From Rhina ancylostomus (lineage: Eukaryota), in assembly GCA_030265395.1 (NCBI GenBank), contig JARFYF010000058.1, forward strand, positions 7,941,380 to 8,005,379: DNA of 64,000 nt, written 5' to 3'. Both the position numbers and the translations under genes were made by a program. Shown here piece by piece: positions 39,790-53,849 of the stretch (positions within the stretch are counted from its first letter, which is position 1; the number at the start of each line of letters is the position of its first letter). The notes below the pieces were generated by a model. It had not been told where the DNA came from, searched no databases, and worked only from the letters and a program-made list of their open reading frames with translations.

Positions 39790-40050
39790 GAAATAGCTGA
39801 AATAAATGACAGTCCTGAGTGTAGCAATTCACTGAACCCAAGGGCCAGGGCATCTCACTCCTTCAGCATCATGCTATCGCCTTTATGAATAGCCGTTAAG
39901 AATGCATGCACTTCACAAGCTTGTCAACTTCTATTATGATTACATACAGTGTGACATAGATCCAAGAAAATATTAGATAGGGTTCCACATTATCAACTCT
40001 GTACAAATCAAGCAACTTCTGATCATACCTGTGATGTTCTTTGAACTGCA
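39790..40050 (+). mobile_element. Possible ancient PIF/Harbinger transposase relic
   Basis: VAIH*TQ at 39821 resembles GAIDCTH, followed at plausible spacing by AFMNSR (cf. FINRKG) and QLL.YDY (cf. QLVCDH). Heavily decayed. Confidence 0.3.
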
Positions 40051-40529
40051 AATCCTGGAATCTGTATACTGACGCTGGCAACCTGCCATCTTTTCTTCCC
40101 CCTTTCTGTATGTACATTTCCTTTATTTGTGAATCCTGCATTTTATGGAAGCAAGATATGAATGGAAAGATACCACCACCAGTGAGGGGAGCTGCAATGG
40201 TATAAATCTGTTTGCAGATGCTACATGCATGTTCATAACTTAATATAAAATAAGTAAAGAGCAAAACAGGGAAATGAAGCAAAATAGGTAAAGAGATAGG
40301 ATGATGAAATTTACAAATGTGAACGGTACAAATGTTACATCAGCTGAAGACTGAATGAATGCAGTACAATATTTTCAACTTAACCAATGAGATTAAATGA
40401 ATGTATTCATGTTGTTAATGATTGTGACACTTCAAAAAGCCATTTTAGTGATTCAGGTACCAGGTTTCAGCTCCCACACAAAGGGAAGAAATTATTACAA
40501 TGATGGCAATATTGAAGAATTTTACTTCT

Positions 40530-40840
40530 TAACACAAGAACCAAAGAAAATAGGAACAGCACTAGGTCACCAGGGCCCTCAAGCCTTCCCCACCATTCAG
40601 TATCATAGCTGACCTATACTGGCCTCAATCCCTATAACAGTTCCCCATAACCCTAAATTCCTTGATCTTTCAAATATTTACCTATATACATCTTATGATA
40701 TATCTATTGATCTGGCCTCCACTACCTTATGGGCAAGAATTCCAGATTCACACTCTTTGGAGAGAAATTTTTACAGAACTCAGTTTTAAACGACCAGCTG
40801 CTTATTTTTATAGTTTTGTCCCCTTTACTCTTCTAGTAAA
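40530..40840 (-). mobile_element. CR1 3' tail fragment
   Basis: ACACAAGAACCAAAGAAAATAGGAACAGCACTAGGTCACC...GAATTCCAGATTCAC, reverse of a CR1 3' end. Confidence 0.65.
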
Positions 40841-41017
40841 AGTCAGAAACCAGTGAACCATCTAAACTAAAATGCACCAGATTCAATTTCATAAATGTGA
40901 ACTAGCTGTTTAAACGCACCATAGTCTGGAGTAACCTTTCATAGAACTCACACGTCAAGATGCTAGAATCAAAATAATTAATCTCAATAATATTCTGGTG
41001 TTCACTGTAGTGTTAAC

Positions 41018-41175
41018 ATGTGCAACAGAAAATGCTGGAAATACTTAGGTCAGATGAAGGATCTTCAATCCAAAACGTTAAATGTTTCTCATTTCCACTG
41101 ATGCTACCTGACCTGTATGTTTCCAGGATTTTCTATTTGTTTTTCAGATTTTCAGCATGTGCAGTTTTTTTTGTC
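41018..41175 (+). mobile_element. Penelope-like terminal repeat with a decayed hammerhead motif
   Basis: CAGATGA-A-GGAT/cttca/ATCC-AAAAC-GTT at about 41051-41079, then GATGCTACCTGACCTG. Confidence 0.6.
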
Positions 41176-41521
41176 ACATGTAGAAAGGTAGATTTTATGC
41201 AACAGATGATATCACGTGTACTTTTCATCCCAGTAACCTATTCCACCACTTGTTCATATTGCAGCCTTTGAGAGCAGACCACACTTCTATGACAGTTTAA
41301 TCGAAAACTGATAAAAGGATAATTTTCCATGACATTATCCCTGGTTCTTACAAAATCATGACTAAATACTATTGTGATATCACACCTTGAAGACATAAGC
41401 CAGGTCTAATTTCTTGTATTTGTGTTGATGCACTAATTCACTGCATGAAATACGCAACAAAATCACCAAACCAATAATTTTTAAAAAATCTGGAGTATTG
41501 CCCATCCTTGAATACGACTCC

Positions 41522-41887
41522 TGTTACGAGCCAGGTTGCTATTTGGTGAATGTCCTTTTAAGGCATCTGGACAGTAGACAGTGTGCGCGCGTTTGGTGTT
41601 ATCTACAAGATGGCAAGACTACAACAGCCTGCTGGCTGTTTTGTACAGAGAGTTGGAGAGAGAGAGGGAGAGCGTGAGAGGGACAGACAGAGAGAGCTTG
41701 AGAGATGGAGACACTAACTGACGGTCTCTGCATCGATGGATGAAGAACAATAGCTGTGTCTGTCACTACAATCCACGTATGGATTTTTGGAGCAAGCAAG
41801 TGGAGTCTGTCATTAACCTGTATTGGAAAGCAGGTATTTCTGTGGGCACCACATATTGAATGCCTTCAGGGTGGCAGATACTTCTGA
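41522..41887 (+). mobile_element. Probable LTR (5' part; remainder in the gap)
   Basis: Begins TGTTACGA, switches to higher GC with retained CpGs and a GA-rich tract, and runs into an assembly gap. No terminal CA or target-site duplication visible. Confidence 0.45.
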
Positions 41888-43749
41888 NNNNNNNNNNNNN
41901 NNNNNNNNNNNNNNNNNNNNNNNNNNNNNNNNNNNNNNNNNNNNNNNNNNNNNNNNNNNNNNNNNNNNNNNNNNNNNNNNNNNNNNNNNNNNNNNNNNNN
42001 NNNNNNNNNNNNNNNNNNNNNNNNNNNNNNNNNNNNNNNNNNNNNNNNNNNNNNNNNNNNNNNNNNNNNNNNNNNNNNNNNNNNNNNNNNNNNNNNNNNN
42101 NNNNNNNNNNNNNNNNNNNNNNNNNNNNNNNNNNNNNNNNNNNNNNNNNNNNNNNNNNNNNNNNNNNNNNNNNNNNNNNNNNNNNNNNNNNNNNNNNNNN
42201 NNNNNNNNNNNNNNNNNNNNNNNNNNNNNNNNNNNNNNNNNNNNNNNNNNNNNNNNNNNNNNNNNNNNNNNNNNNNNNNNNNNNNNNNNNNNNNNNNNNN
42301 NNNNNNNNNNNNNNNNNNTTTCACAGATGTTGCCTGACCTGATGAATATTTCCAGCATCTTCTGCTTTCATTTCAGATTTCCAGAAACTTTAGTTTTTGA
42401 TTTTCAGTTTAGCAGGATCTGCTTTCCCCCCAAAACAACTTGTTGCTTTGCAATAAAATTTATAGCAACACTATTTGCCCCCCCCGAACGGTAGCTGTGT
42501 ACTTTTTGATTCAAACTCCTCAATCATGCTCCAAATCATATCTTCTGGAAATGCCGTTACGTCTAAGTAGTTAGTGCATCATATGACTTTCTTTCACTGC
42601 ACTAGCATGTACTTTGCTGCCTTTTTGAAAGCTGCATTTAAAATATTTATTCTTCATACAACAATGCTATACATACATTAGGAAATATCACTTATGATTA
42701 TCAATTTAACTGCCTTGGTTACACCTTACATCCCATCTGGTTAGATCAGGTCTTCAGCATAATGCACATTAACAAATAATGATTCACTGGAATATTATTT
42801 AGAGATTGCTAATATGGTTATTGCGATGACTACATACAAGGAGAAAAAATCACAATAACGTGGCTTTCTTCATGGCTCAGTTGGTAATGATACTGCAGTA
42901 TAAAATCATCCATCCAAAGGAAATTCCAGGTTTCAGGTCATGCAAAACTCCATTGCTCATGTATTAAATTGCAGCATTTTTTATTTTAACTATTGCCTGT
43001 TTTAAGTCTCATCCAGCTCTACAATATTCCAAGATACCACTACTCCTTCAAGTCTGGCTTTGTAAGCAACTCTATATTTTAACCACCCCACCTGTGGCAG
43101 CCATGCATTCAGCTGTTTCTTTACATCTGTTGTCCTTTAAGATGCTTAATATTACTCTCTGATAAAGTTGCATTAATATCTGCACCAATAGGACAGTGAC
43201 CTTAAATAAAATAATTCTCAATGACTACAGCCAAGAAACTAGTCAAAGTGGGAATTCACTGCAGAGGTAGAAGTAGGTAAAGCAAGCTTAGTGATTCACA
43301 TAAATTGAATAAAATTCAATATTCTAATGTTTTGGTGCTTAGTGCAAAATGGTACACTGAACAAACTTTTAAACTTAAAAACAAATGATATGAAGTTCAG
43401 TGGAGTAGGGCGAGGGGTGTTGAATTACAGAACATGCAAGTAGCAAGATCACCTCAAGCAAATGCAGCTACAGCAGGTGACCAGTCTTGAACCCATCCAT
43501 TTCAATCACTGTACTATAAAATATGAATTAAAAGTGTTCCACCACACAAGAGAAAAGGCAAGCATGAAAGCCATCTAAATTGCTTTTGTTCTAGAGCCCA
43601 GACGCAGGATCAGCATGACTGAGAATGTACGGAGCAAGTAGAACTCAAGTAAGAGGATTCATTTTAATGTTTACAATTTATTTGGCAGCTGTGAAAATAA
43701 GGATATAAATTGTCAGAAAGATAGATATTTTCTAATGTCTTAAAAGGAT

Positions 43750-44950
43750 ATTGAAGCAGGAGGGGTAAGATCCTATCATTGTCTTTGCAGGCATGAAATA
43801 CTGTTAGGAGAATGCTAGGTGCTGGGCAAATTGACTTTCTTTTGCAGAGAAGACCAAAATGTTATTAACATAAATGACTATGGATGCTATATACACAGAC
43901 TTTCAGAAGGCATTTGGTGAAGTCTATCATAAAGAGATTTGACTAAAGTTAAGCTCAAGGAATAATGGCAAACTTATCGATGACTGGAAAACTTCTTGAG
44001 TAGCAAGACATGGAAAGTTGGGATAATGGACAGGTACACAAATTGGCAAGATGTAACTATGCAATGAACTGTGTGGGACATTAACTATTTCCTGTATTTA
44101 TAAAAGACCTGTAATCGTGATTTAGGAAGCCAAACATCCAAATTTAAAAATGACAAAGAAAGGCAACTCTGTAAACAGTGCAAATAGAAGCAGTAAATTT
44201 CAACAAGATATTTATGGAGTGAGAAAATGAGCAGGAATACATAAAATTAATTTCAAAATAAGCATATATGAAGTCATCCACTTAAACAAGAAAATATTTC
44301 ATATTACCCTTTTAAAAAGATGGAAAGTTATATACCCAATGCCCAAATATTCCATTTATATTCAAGTACAGAGAGAAAAATAATTGAAAGATTAACAGAA
44401 TACTGGTATTTATCACTAGATAATTGGAATGTAAAAGGATGAAAGTTAGTCTGCAGCTTTACAAACCCCATCAGGATCATGAGCAGTTATGAGCATCACA
44501 TCTCAGGAAGAAGAGCAAGTAGCATTCATTTACCAGAATGACATCGGAGCACTGTTTGATGCTATTGCAGAAATTAGAGTTCTATTCCCTGGAATTGGTT
44601 AAGAGGTTTATTGTTTGAAGATTTCCAGAGGAAATGATTGGGTGGATGGAGATTATTTCTGATCAAACAATTCAGCTTTATGGGGCAGAGCCAAAACTTC
44701 CATGATCTTTTCAAGAACAACAAACAATTCAGGGTGGATAGATTTTTTCAAAGAAACTTTTTGACAAATGGAAATTGATGTGGGGTCAATTGTTAATTAT
44801 ACATCTGTGATTAGATTTATGATAACAATAGATTTATAAAAAGTAGCGAGAAAAATAGGAATACAGTTAGGCCACAGTGCAGCCACGATTTCACAGAATG
44901 GATGAATAGATTTGAGGTGCTATTTGGTTTATTCCCATTCCTATTTTCGT
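43750..44950 (+). mobile_element. Old CR1 RT-to-tail fragment
   Basis: DAIYTDFQKAF, YEVIHL and LQLYKP remnants; tail TTTATTCCCATTCCTAT. Confidence 0.6.
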
Positions 44951-46249
44951 AATATATTGAAACACCTATACAAAAATAAAAGTTCTTGCTACATTAAGAA
45001 CGCTTCAACTGGCTATCAACTGATGAACTACATTTGTCCTAACCCCATTCAGCTCATTTGATGAAAACAAAATCAGCCATGGTTCCACTCCTGACCACTG
45101 GCTTGTTAGAAAATTCTGGTACGAACAAATCCATGCTAGGCAGTAATCGTTTTCTCTTCCATGCAAAATGATCTGCTGATAATCGCTGTCCAGGTTCAAA
45201 CACAAAGTACCAATGGACTTACAACACCAGCATGTCATTGCTTCTAAGAGAGGAATGATAATTTGGAGGTTAAAAAAGGACAGTACAAAAATAATTTAAA
45301 AAATCAAGAAATGCAAGTTGAAAAGAAAACGTATTTACTTACTTTGTTTTCCCTCACAAGAATTCCATGACAGCAAATTTTATTCCAAATCTCAAATTTT
45401 TGGGTAGTGATTTGTGAATTCTGTAGGGTGAATTTCCATTACCAGAACAGCCACAATGCAGGAGTTGCCTGTATTTCTTATCTAGATTTCTAAGAACATC
45501 CACAATACATAATAAATTGAGCGCTTACATGAGGACATCTTTCTTGCTGTTAAAATTCTTAAGTATATTTCAGTCGTAGCCACAAATCCTTGTCAGATTT
45601 AAGAGGAATTCATCTGCACTTCTATTAAATACCAAACTATTAGAAAAGATTATGTAATAACCTAGGTCATCTCCAGTGGTGCGATCCATGGGTAGTCTGA
45701 CACCTCAAGTGCGAGTTTTGATGTGTCCCACAGCTTCATTTCAATCTAGATGTCACAGGAGATTTGTTCATTGCTCTAATGAAGCAATCAAACTTCAACT
45801 GTCTGCTCTTTTTCATTTGGCTAATGGCAGATGTAGAACAGCAGAGTACATCATTTCTATCTATAACACAGGCCCATACACACACCATAAGACGCAGCTG
45901 TCTTACTCCCTGAATATTTGAATTAAAAGCAGGCCAACTAATAAAGTGTAAATGGAATTCAGAGTACACACAAGCAACTGCAAACCAGACTTGAGACTGC
46001 TCTTAAACCGGTTCAAAACAATCTGTTATAAATTGGGTCCTGGCTCTGATGTTGCAGTTCCACCAAATCAGTGTTGAGCAAACAATACCAAACTTGCAAT
46101 CTAAATAAATTCAAAGTCTCTCTATGCACAATTGAAATCCATTCACAGTTACCCAATCATTGATTTTGATATAATTTAATATGAAATGCAATCTTCTAAG
46201 TATCGAAGTGTAGACCCCAAATGCCAAATAGTAAATTAGTTATTTTCAC

Positions 46250-46520
46250 AAAGACAAAAGAGACTGCAAATGCTAGAATTTGGAACAAAAACAGAACACG
46301 GAAAGAACTCAGCTGGTCAAGCAGCATCTGTGGAAGCAAATGGTGTTAACGTTTTGGGTCAAGATCCTGCAAGAGGACAGAGGGCTCAGGAAAGATTGCC
46401 AGTGTATAGCAGTAAGAAGAGGTTGAGGAGTGGGATAGAGGTTGGTGGGTTATGGATGGAACCAGATGGGGAGGGGATAATGGGCAGATGGAACCAGGTT
46501 TGGGGTCGGGAAGGAGCAGA
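46250..46520 (-). mobile_element. Penelope-like terminal repeat
   Basis: AGACTGCAAATGCTAGAATTTGGAAC...CTCAGCTGGTCAAGCAGCATCTGTGG; minus strand shows AGGATCTTGACCC-AAAAC-GTT. Confidence 0.7.
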
Positions 46521-46639
46521 GAGAGGTGAACATTATTTGCTCAAAACAATCATCCATCATAAGGTTTCTTCATGAATCATTTTAAATAGACAGTAGGAAC
46601 CAAAGTTTCTAATTAATTGAATTTCACAGATAATACCCA

Positions 46640-47380
46640 AGAATCTGTTTCATCCTCATGAAGTTGTGCAGAAATGTGAGCCACTGCATTTTAGTAGTAA
46701 GAATGAGAGACAACATAGGATTAAAAAAACTGTTCTAAAAGAAGTGTAGGAGCATTGGGACCTTGGTGTTTCTGTGCGCAAACCACGAAACGCAGATAAG
46801 GCAATCACAATTCTGGGCTTTATCAATAGAAGCAAAGAATATAAAAGCAAGGAAGTTATACTGAATCTTTATTAAACAATGGTCTGGTGTCAACTGAATG
46901 ACTGTGTTCAATCCCAGTCACCACATTATAGGAAGAATGTGAAGCATTAGAGAGGATCCAGAAAGATTTAATAAATGAGAGATCAGAATTACAAGAGTAG
47001 ATTTGAGATGCCGGCACTGTTTTGTTTGAAGAAAAGGTTAAGAATATAAAATGATGAAGGATCTGGACTGAGTGAATAGTGGGGTACTGTTCCCTTTGGT
47101 AGACAGGTTGACTGCTTAAGGTCACAGGTATAAAACGAAGGGAAGAGAATTAAGAGTGACGTGACGAAAAACATTATTTCATGCTGCATGCAGTTAAAAT
47201 CTGAAATGCAATGCCACAGATATGATAGAGACAGGCTCTATGGCTTTCAAGATGGAACCGGATGAGTATATGGGATAATAAAAAATTGTAAGGCTACAGA
47301 GAAAGGACTGTGGCTGAAACTAGAGTGTTACTCTGGTGGAGAGCTAATGTGAACATGGACTGAATAGATTCCTTCGATAA
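46640..47380 (+). mobile_element. CR1 3' fragment
   Basis: DLGVSV, ILGFINRSKEYKSKEVILNL, ALERIQKRF. Confidence 0.75.
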
Positions 47381-48409
47381 AGGATTCACTATATTGATAT
47401 TTCCATACTTGGTACTATATAAAACCCTTTAAAAACTTTAAACATTTTGTTTGTAAATGTACAAATATTTCCTGCACAGACATTAAGGGAATGCAACATG
47501 CCTCATGGAATTTCCCATTATAAATAAAACATCACAACAGATGACTTTGTTTAATGATGTGCAGATTTATCTTTCAGGACCTGAAATAAAATCTAATCTA
47601 GTAACAGAATAAAATTTTCCCACTTGCTGGATGCAAGATGAAACTTAACCTAGCCACTATAGGGGACATGAATAACTGACCCACAATGTAACAACAACTA
47701 GGTGAATAAATTATTTCCTCCTATAAATTCCATATTCATTTTTTTTTAAAGTTACTGGCACAGTTCTTTCATACCTTCATGATTTGGTGGCAATCCAATC
47801 CTTGCTTGACTCCATTGCTCTTGCCATCAATTAACTTAGTTTTTTTTTGAAAATGTACAAGTTGGCAAAATAAAGCAAAAAAAGAACACAAAAGGGACAG
47901 CAGTCAAAGCAGGCAGCAAACAAAATCAGTTCCCTCATTCAAAAATAAATATTTCCTGACACTCAGCCTTGTAAAATTTCACACATTACCAATCAGATCC
48001 AACTCTAACAGCTGTACCTCAAGCTACTATTTGATAACCAGATCAAGTGAACACTAAATGTCTCAGATCCTCACAGAAAATGTGTTTGCAATATCTGCTT
48101 TCATTGTAATATTGCTAGAATTAGGATTTTAAAACTGCATGTCAACTCAGATGGCTACATTACATTTTAAATATTTGATGCAAAGTGTTGGTGTAGAAGG
48201 CGCATACCCGAGTCTCTTTGCCACATACATGGCATAGCTTTGCCTCTGTACTGTACTGTAACATATTCTAAATCCATTTTCTTTATAATCTTCCTGCGCT
48301 ATCCTAGGCTGAGCTTGGAGGTTTACCATTATTTTACTACAGTTAATCATTAAATGTACCAATGTGCAATTGGCTTGCCATTCCTTGTCTCCCAACAACG
48401 AAAGAAGAA

Positions 48410-49200
48410 CACACGAAAAAAGGAGCAGGAGTAGGCCACCAGGCCCCGCCATTCGATATGATCACAGCTGATCTATACAGGCCTCAATTCTTCTTCTGTG
48501 CCAGTACCCTATAAGGCTCAATTCCTCAATCTTTCAAATATTTATTTATCTCCATCTTGAATATAACTAATGATCTGACCTCTATCACCCTCTGGGCTAA
48601 AGAATTCCAGAGATTCACTACCTTGAGAGAACTCAATACTAAAAGACCAGCCCCTTAGCTCGTAACTATGTCCCTCTATTCGTGACTCTCTCACTAGTGT
48701 AAATATCTGAACATCTACCCTGGCAAGCCCTCTTGTGCGTTTGAGTAAGGTCACCCCTCATTTTTCTAAACTCCAGGGAATACAGACCTAAAATGCCTAT
48801 CCTCTCTTAATAGGCAACCTTCTCATCCCAGGAATTAGCCTGGTGAATCTCTTTGGAACTGCTTCTAATGCTACTATTTCACTTTTTTTTAGTAAGGAGA
48901 CCAATACTGTGTAGAATATTTCAGCCGTGGCCTCATCAACACCCTGCACAACTAAAACACAATCTCCCTACTTTTAAACTTCAACACCTTTGTAACAAAA
49001 GGCCAAGAAGGCAAATAGCATTTTAACTATTTGTTGGATCTGTCTGCTAACTTTTTGTGATTCATATACTTGAACACCTAGATCCTTTAAACCTCACTTG
49101 CAGTCTCTCTCCAATTATATAATAATCCATCTTTTAATTGCTCTTAATGTAACCATACATTCCCCACATTCAACTCCATTTGCCAGTTTTTCACCTATCT
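48410..49200 (-). mobile_element. CR1 3' fragment with tail
   Basis: AGGAGCAGGAGTAGGCCACCAGGCCC...CCATTCGATATGATCACAGCTGATC tail; LMRPRLKYSTQYWSPY on minus. Confidence 0.8.
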
Positions 49201-49214
49201 ATTTATACTTTATC

Positions 49215-49370
49215 GCAGAATCACAATGTCTTCCCACTTACATCTGGGACACTTCACATGCTCTTCACCACTTTGACAATTTCTGATTCCCTGGCCTCCA
49301 CTGTCTCATCTTTACTATGGATGCCCTGTCTTTATACATCTCTATTCCCCATCATTGCTTGAGGAGCTTC
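49215..49370 (+). mobile_element. Penelope-like reverse transcriptase fragment
   Basis: SQCLPTYIWDTSHALHHFDNF*FPGLHCLIFTMDALSLYISIPH matches the PLE RT signature LP.YI.DT..(L)...T.DV.SLYT.IPH. Confidence 0.8.
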
Positions 49371-50474
49371 ACATGTAACTGAACATACACAAATCATTAG
49401 CAAACACAAACTTCCTCACAAATGGAAAGCCATTGATGAGTAAACCAAATACAGTTAGATACAGGGCACCACCTTAAGAATTACCTACAGTAATATCCTG
49501 GAGCTAATGATATACAAGTGGTTAGGTCTAATCATCAAACGATATTTATTATAACAATATACCAAACCAAAGGATACAAACACAAAACCATCAAGGGCTG
49601 TTTGTTTTTTTGAAGTGCTATCTCCAAGTTGCATACTTGCAGATTTCCTGTCACTAGGACAACAAAAAATTCTAAAGGCAAAATCACATATGACTATTTG
49701 AGAGAAAATAGAACAGTACAGCACAGGACACACCCTTTGCCCACGATGTTGTGCCAGCCTATATAAAGCTTATCCACAATCTATCCATCTAAAAGGAAAA
49801 ATGTACCTTTTGAATAGGGAAAGTAAACAATATGATGTTCTTTTATTGTATTCTCGATCTCTTTATTTTGCATTACACCACGGAGTTTAGAACAGCAATG
49901 CACTTGTACCTTGATCAATTTCTGTCAATGTTTTTCAATAGTCCTCCTGCTGTGCCCCAAGCTTTCTCATTCATTTTCCATAGCCCTTCAACACTTTGTT
50001 TTCATGAAAGCATGAAAATGAAGCTGCACGTGTCCATCTCACTGCTATTCTAGGATAGAAATGGCTTACATCCAAACCACATAGCCAATCCAAATCAAAC
50101 ACCTCCTGGTAATGATGTGCTCATATCTTCATGACTGCACCATACAATTAGGTTTGAGATTTTTTTTAAGCCAAAAGATATGGAAGGTTTCTCTGAAGCA
50201 GATTGTATGAATTGAAGATGGTTTGGCTCATCTCAGTCATTCCCCAGCATTCTGCACTATATACAAATGCCAGAAGTATGCAGATTTGAAAAGTCTTTAG
50301 TTTGGTTTCTTGTTATATTTTGATAGCTTCCGGCTTATATTTATCTCATGCCTTTGATAATACTGTAATAGATGATTGGCTTCATTCCATCTTCCTGGCC
50401 AACACTGTTGCCCGAGAATGTGAAGGTTTCTGTATTCATAAGAACATAATCCTCTATCGCTACTGGTAAAGAGA

Positions 50475-50805
50475 GGAGAGTGGTGCAGCAGACGGCACTG
50501 TCGGCTCGCAGCTCCAGGGACCAAGGTTTGGTCCTGACCTTGAGTACCATCTATGGAGTTTATATGTTATCCCATGACTGAGCAGGTTTCTGCTGTGTGC
50601 ATAGATGCACTGATGGGTTAATTACCTGCTGTACATTACCCCTCATTATTGGCAACTGGCAATAGAATCAAAGGGGAATTGATGCACACGAGAGAGAACA
50701 AATTGCAGGGCTACATACAAATAAGAACAGAAAAGAGACTAATGGGATTGCTCTGTTGAGAGATGACATGGACCCTTTGGGCCAAATAGCCTCCTGTGTA
50801 GTAAT
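50475..50805 (+). mobile_element. Decayed V-SINE
   Basis: GTGGTGCAGC...CAGCTCCAGGGACCAAGGTTTGGTCCTGACC...ATGGAGTTTATATGTT; tail GGGCCAAATAGCCTCC. Confidence 0.65.
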
Positions 50806-52862
50806 CAGAAAGCAAGCAATATTAAGGTCACGTATGTGCTGTGGTTAATTTTCAGTCTGATTTGCTGCTGAATGTGTAGAATTTTTTTCCTTGTTATATA
50901 ATGTAATAGAAGAGGGACATCATTGGAAAGGAATGTGAAGGGTGTCCATCTGATGTCTCAACATCCAATTAAACAGAGCTTATTGTGTTCAACACTGCAT
51001 GTAAAGTTAGAATANNNNNNNNNNNNNNNNNNNNNNNNNNNNNNNNNNNNNNNNNNNNNNNNNNNNNNNNNNNNNNNNNNNNNNNNNNNNNNNNNNNNNN
51101 NNNNNNNNNNNNNNTGTAAAGTTAGCATAGAAGCTTTTGAGCAACTCAAATATACAGCCATAAGCTTGCCAACCGAGAGTGCCTGATACCTTAAAACTGC
51201 ATAAACATGAATCAACATCTTATGAAGGAAAAGCACTTGGAAAAAATGTTACTCAAACTCCTACCCAAAGCACACATGGAGAACATATTTCAATAATAGC
51301 TTATGACATAGACAGGATATTAAATCTGAAGCTGTTGTTTACCAATATGTCAACTCTTCAACTCTTCTCTATTACTACTGTGCCATAACTCCAGAATGTG
51401 TGTTAGAATATCTATGGAGCCGGATGCAGAATGAATCACTGTCTCCATCACAGAAAATTAGAAAGGAAGAGAAATCATTCCCACATCAAGTACAGCATTG
51501 AGGCCAAGTATGCACATCAGGGAGAAACTAAATCCATTTTCCCAATGTACATCTTATTATGATTTCCAGAAACCATTTTAGGAACATAACTAATGAATTC
51601 TTAATACATGTTCTGTTTATATAATTTATACTGATCATAAAAGCTGAGGTAGACATTAAAAAGATGGTGCAGCATTATGGTTTAATGTAGCACATTGGTT
51701 TACTAGATACATGCAGAAGGTGTCGCATTTGAAACATTCCTGACTATTTGGTTCAAACTTTATTCCCACACAGTCCAATTGCTGTTTCTTATCAATGCTG
51801 GTGTTATTTTTGACCTCAGTACTATTCAGCCAGTGATATTTTGTCTTCCATGGAGAACCAATATGTCAATAATCAAAAAGATAACTAAAAGAAACAATGT
51901 GTAATTTTACAAGTTTAACTACTGTACAGGATGTTGCACTTGTAAACGAAGGCTTGCTGACAACCTTAACATGAATGTTGTTCCACTAAGTTCAAGTGAA
52001 TATCATCCCCAAACTCCAAGCATCATTCCATATTCCTGCAATCTCTATGGTTTGTAAATCTGGTAACACATGCTTCCATTACAAAAATTGAGCAGAAAAT
52101 TCCCCAAATCTATCTTCATTTGGACCATAATCCCCTTCCTAGAGTAAAACACTCCTCTAAGTGGNNNNNNNNNNNNNNNNNNNNNNNNNNNNNNNNNNNN
52201 NNNNNNTGTAGTTCAAAAGTCACTTCACTTTTGTCTCTTACTATCTATAACAATGAGATGAAAATCCCTTTTCTAATTTTATTAAGAAATACTGGACAGT
52301 TTCTGCTCAATGCCTAACAGCCAACCATTTCCTCTTCACCATTTAATGATACGGAATAATATATTGGGAGCAAACAAAAATTTTAAAAATCAAAAATCAT
52401 CCGTGGCAATGAATCGATACCCCTGAATAAGCACAAATGGTCTTCTGTGCTAAGAAAGGTATTTTATTAGAAAATCTTTTAGTATGATTAAAATATAAAA
52501 TACAATGATGTATAAGCGTAATATAAAAGTAATTAAGGAGCTAGCAGGATGATCATTGCCACTTTGAAATGTGCTAAGACGCCACTGGTTTCAGCATCTA
52601 CATGATCAATGAGAAATTTCAAAAATTTCAGCTTTCAGGGTCATGCAAACCAAAACTTACAAAATCCCTAAGTCATTATCCAATTTACAAATAATAATTC
52701 AAAAACAAAAATCATGTACTCAGTCAACAGTAAACTAGATTGAAAGATTCTATATTTTACTCNNNNNNNNNNNNNNNNNNNNNNNNNNNNNNNNNNNNNN
52801 NNNNNNNNNNNNNNNNNNNNNNNNNNNNNNNNNNNNNNNNNNNNNNNNNNNNNNNNNNNNNN

Positions 52863-53260
52863 AAGGCCAAAGTAGTATTTGCCTTCCTAATTACTTACTG
52901 TACCAGGATGTTAACTTTCAGTGATTCATATACAGGGACACTCAAGTCCCTCTGTACACCAATATTTTTTAATCTTTCCTCTTTAAAAGATCGAGGAGAT
53001 TTCTACCAAAGTGGAAGACTTCACATTTTTCTGTCTCCCTTATTCACTTAGTCTTTCTACATTCCCTTGTAGCTTCTCTGCATCCTTACTTCACAAGTCA
53101 CACTGTCACCCTGCTTTGTGTCACCATCAAATATACATTACTCCAGGCCTCGTTATCCAAAGCATTGACACAAGGGTTGTGAACAGCTGGAACTCAGATA
53201 TCTGCAGCACCCACTAATTCTAGCCTCCCTGCCCAAAAATGGGCAGATTTTCCTTCCTCT
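52863..53260 (-). mobile_element. CR1 ORF2 fragment
   Basis: TTTGCCTTCCTAATTACTTACTGTACC...GGACACTCAAGTCCCTCTGTAC, reverse of QRDLSV..H.SLKV..V..VIRKAN. Confidence 0.65.
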
Positions 53261-53849
53261 TTTTTTTCTGATATTTTTTCAATAGCTCTCTCAGTTACAT
53301 TGTATGTTCTGATATATGAGGAATTAAAGAATTTGTGTATTGAATTTGCCCTTGAAACTTACATGTTTATTGTCCTTTGGTTCTTCCATCTCAAGATAGC
53401 CCTTATCTATTCTGGGTTTGACTTTACTCCATCTGATATTCTTAATAGTATTACTTTAAATTCCTTCCCAAAGGCACAAGTACAATCTTTAAAACTACGC
53501 CAAGATATCCATACTCCACACACAAAAATTCAGGTAATGTGTATTTCCAGTTTATTTGACAGAAGGGGCATCACAATTCAAAAAGACCTGCCTTTAGTCA
53601 AAATGATCATACACATTTTCAATAACAGTTATCAGATTCTTGATGAGGCCATCGTAATGGCCTTATTATTGAAGCCAACTATTACCACGATGGAAAAGCT
53701 ACTAAGCACAGTAATTGCACCAGGGGAGCTTTGAGTTTCTTTGGCTCAACAAATCATCAACTAAGTCATCGAGCAGATGTAGAAGCACTTTTCAGTTAGC
53801 CCGACCAACAAAAGCCATTTGACACTAGGCCCAGGCTGCCTGTACAGCT

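Noticed and set aside
41730-41748. GCATCGATGGATGAAGAAC resembling the conserved 5.8S rRNA motif
   Set aside because: Interrupted short match with no flanking rRNA similarity; lies in a probable LTR.
53300-53734. 144-aa ORF in intron 1
   Set aside because: Non-ATG start, no recognisable family and no convincing splice sites. A BLAST/HMM search could still reopen it.
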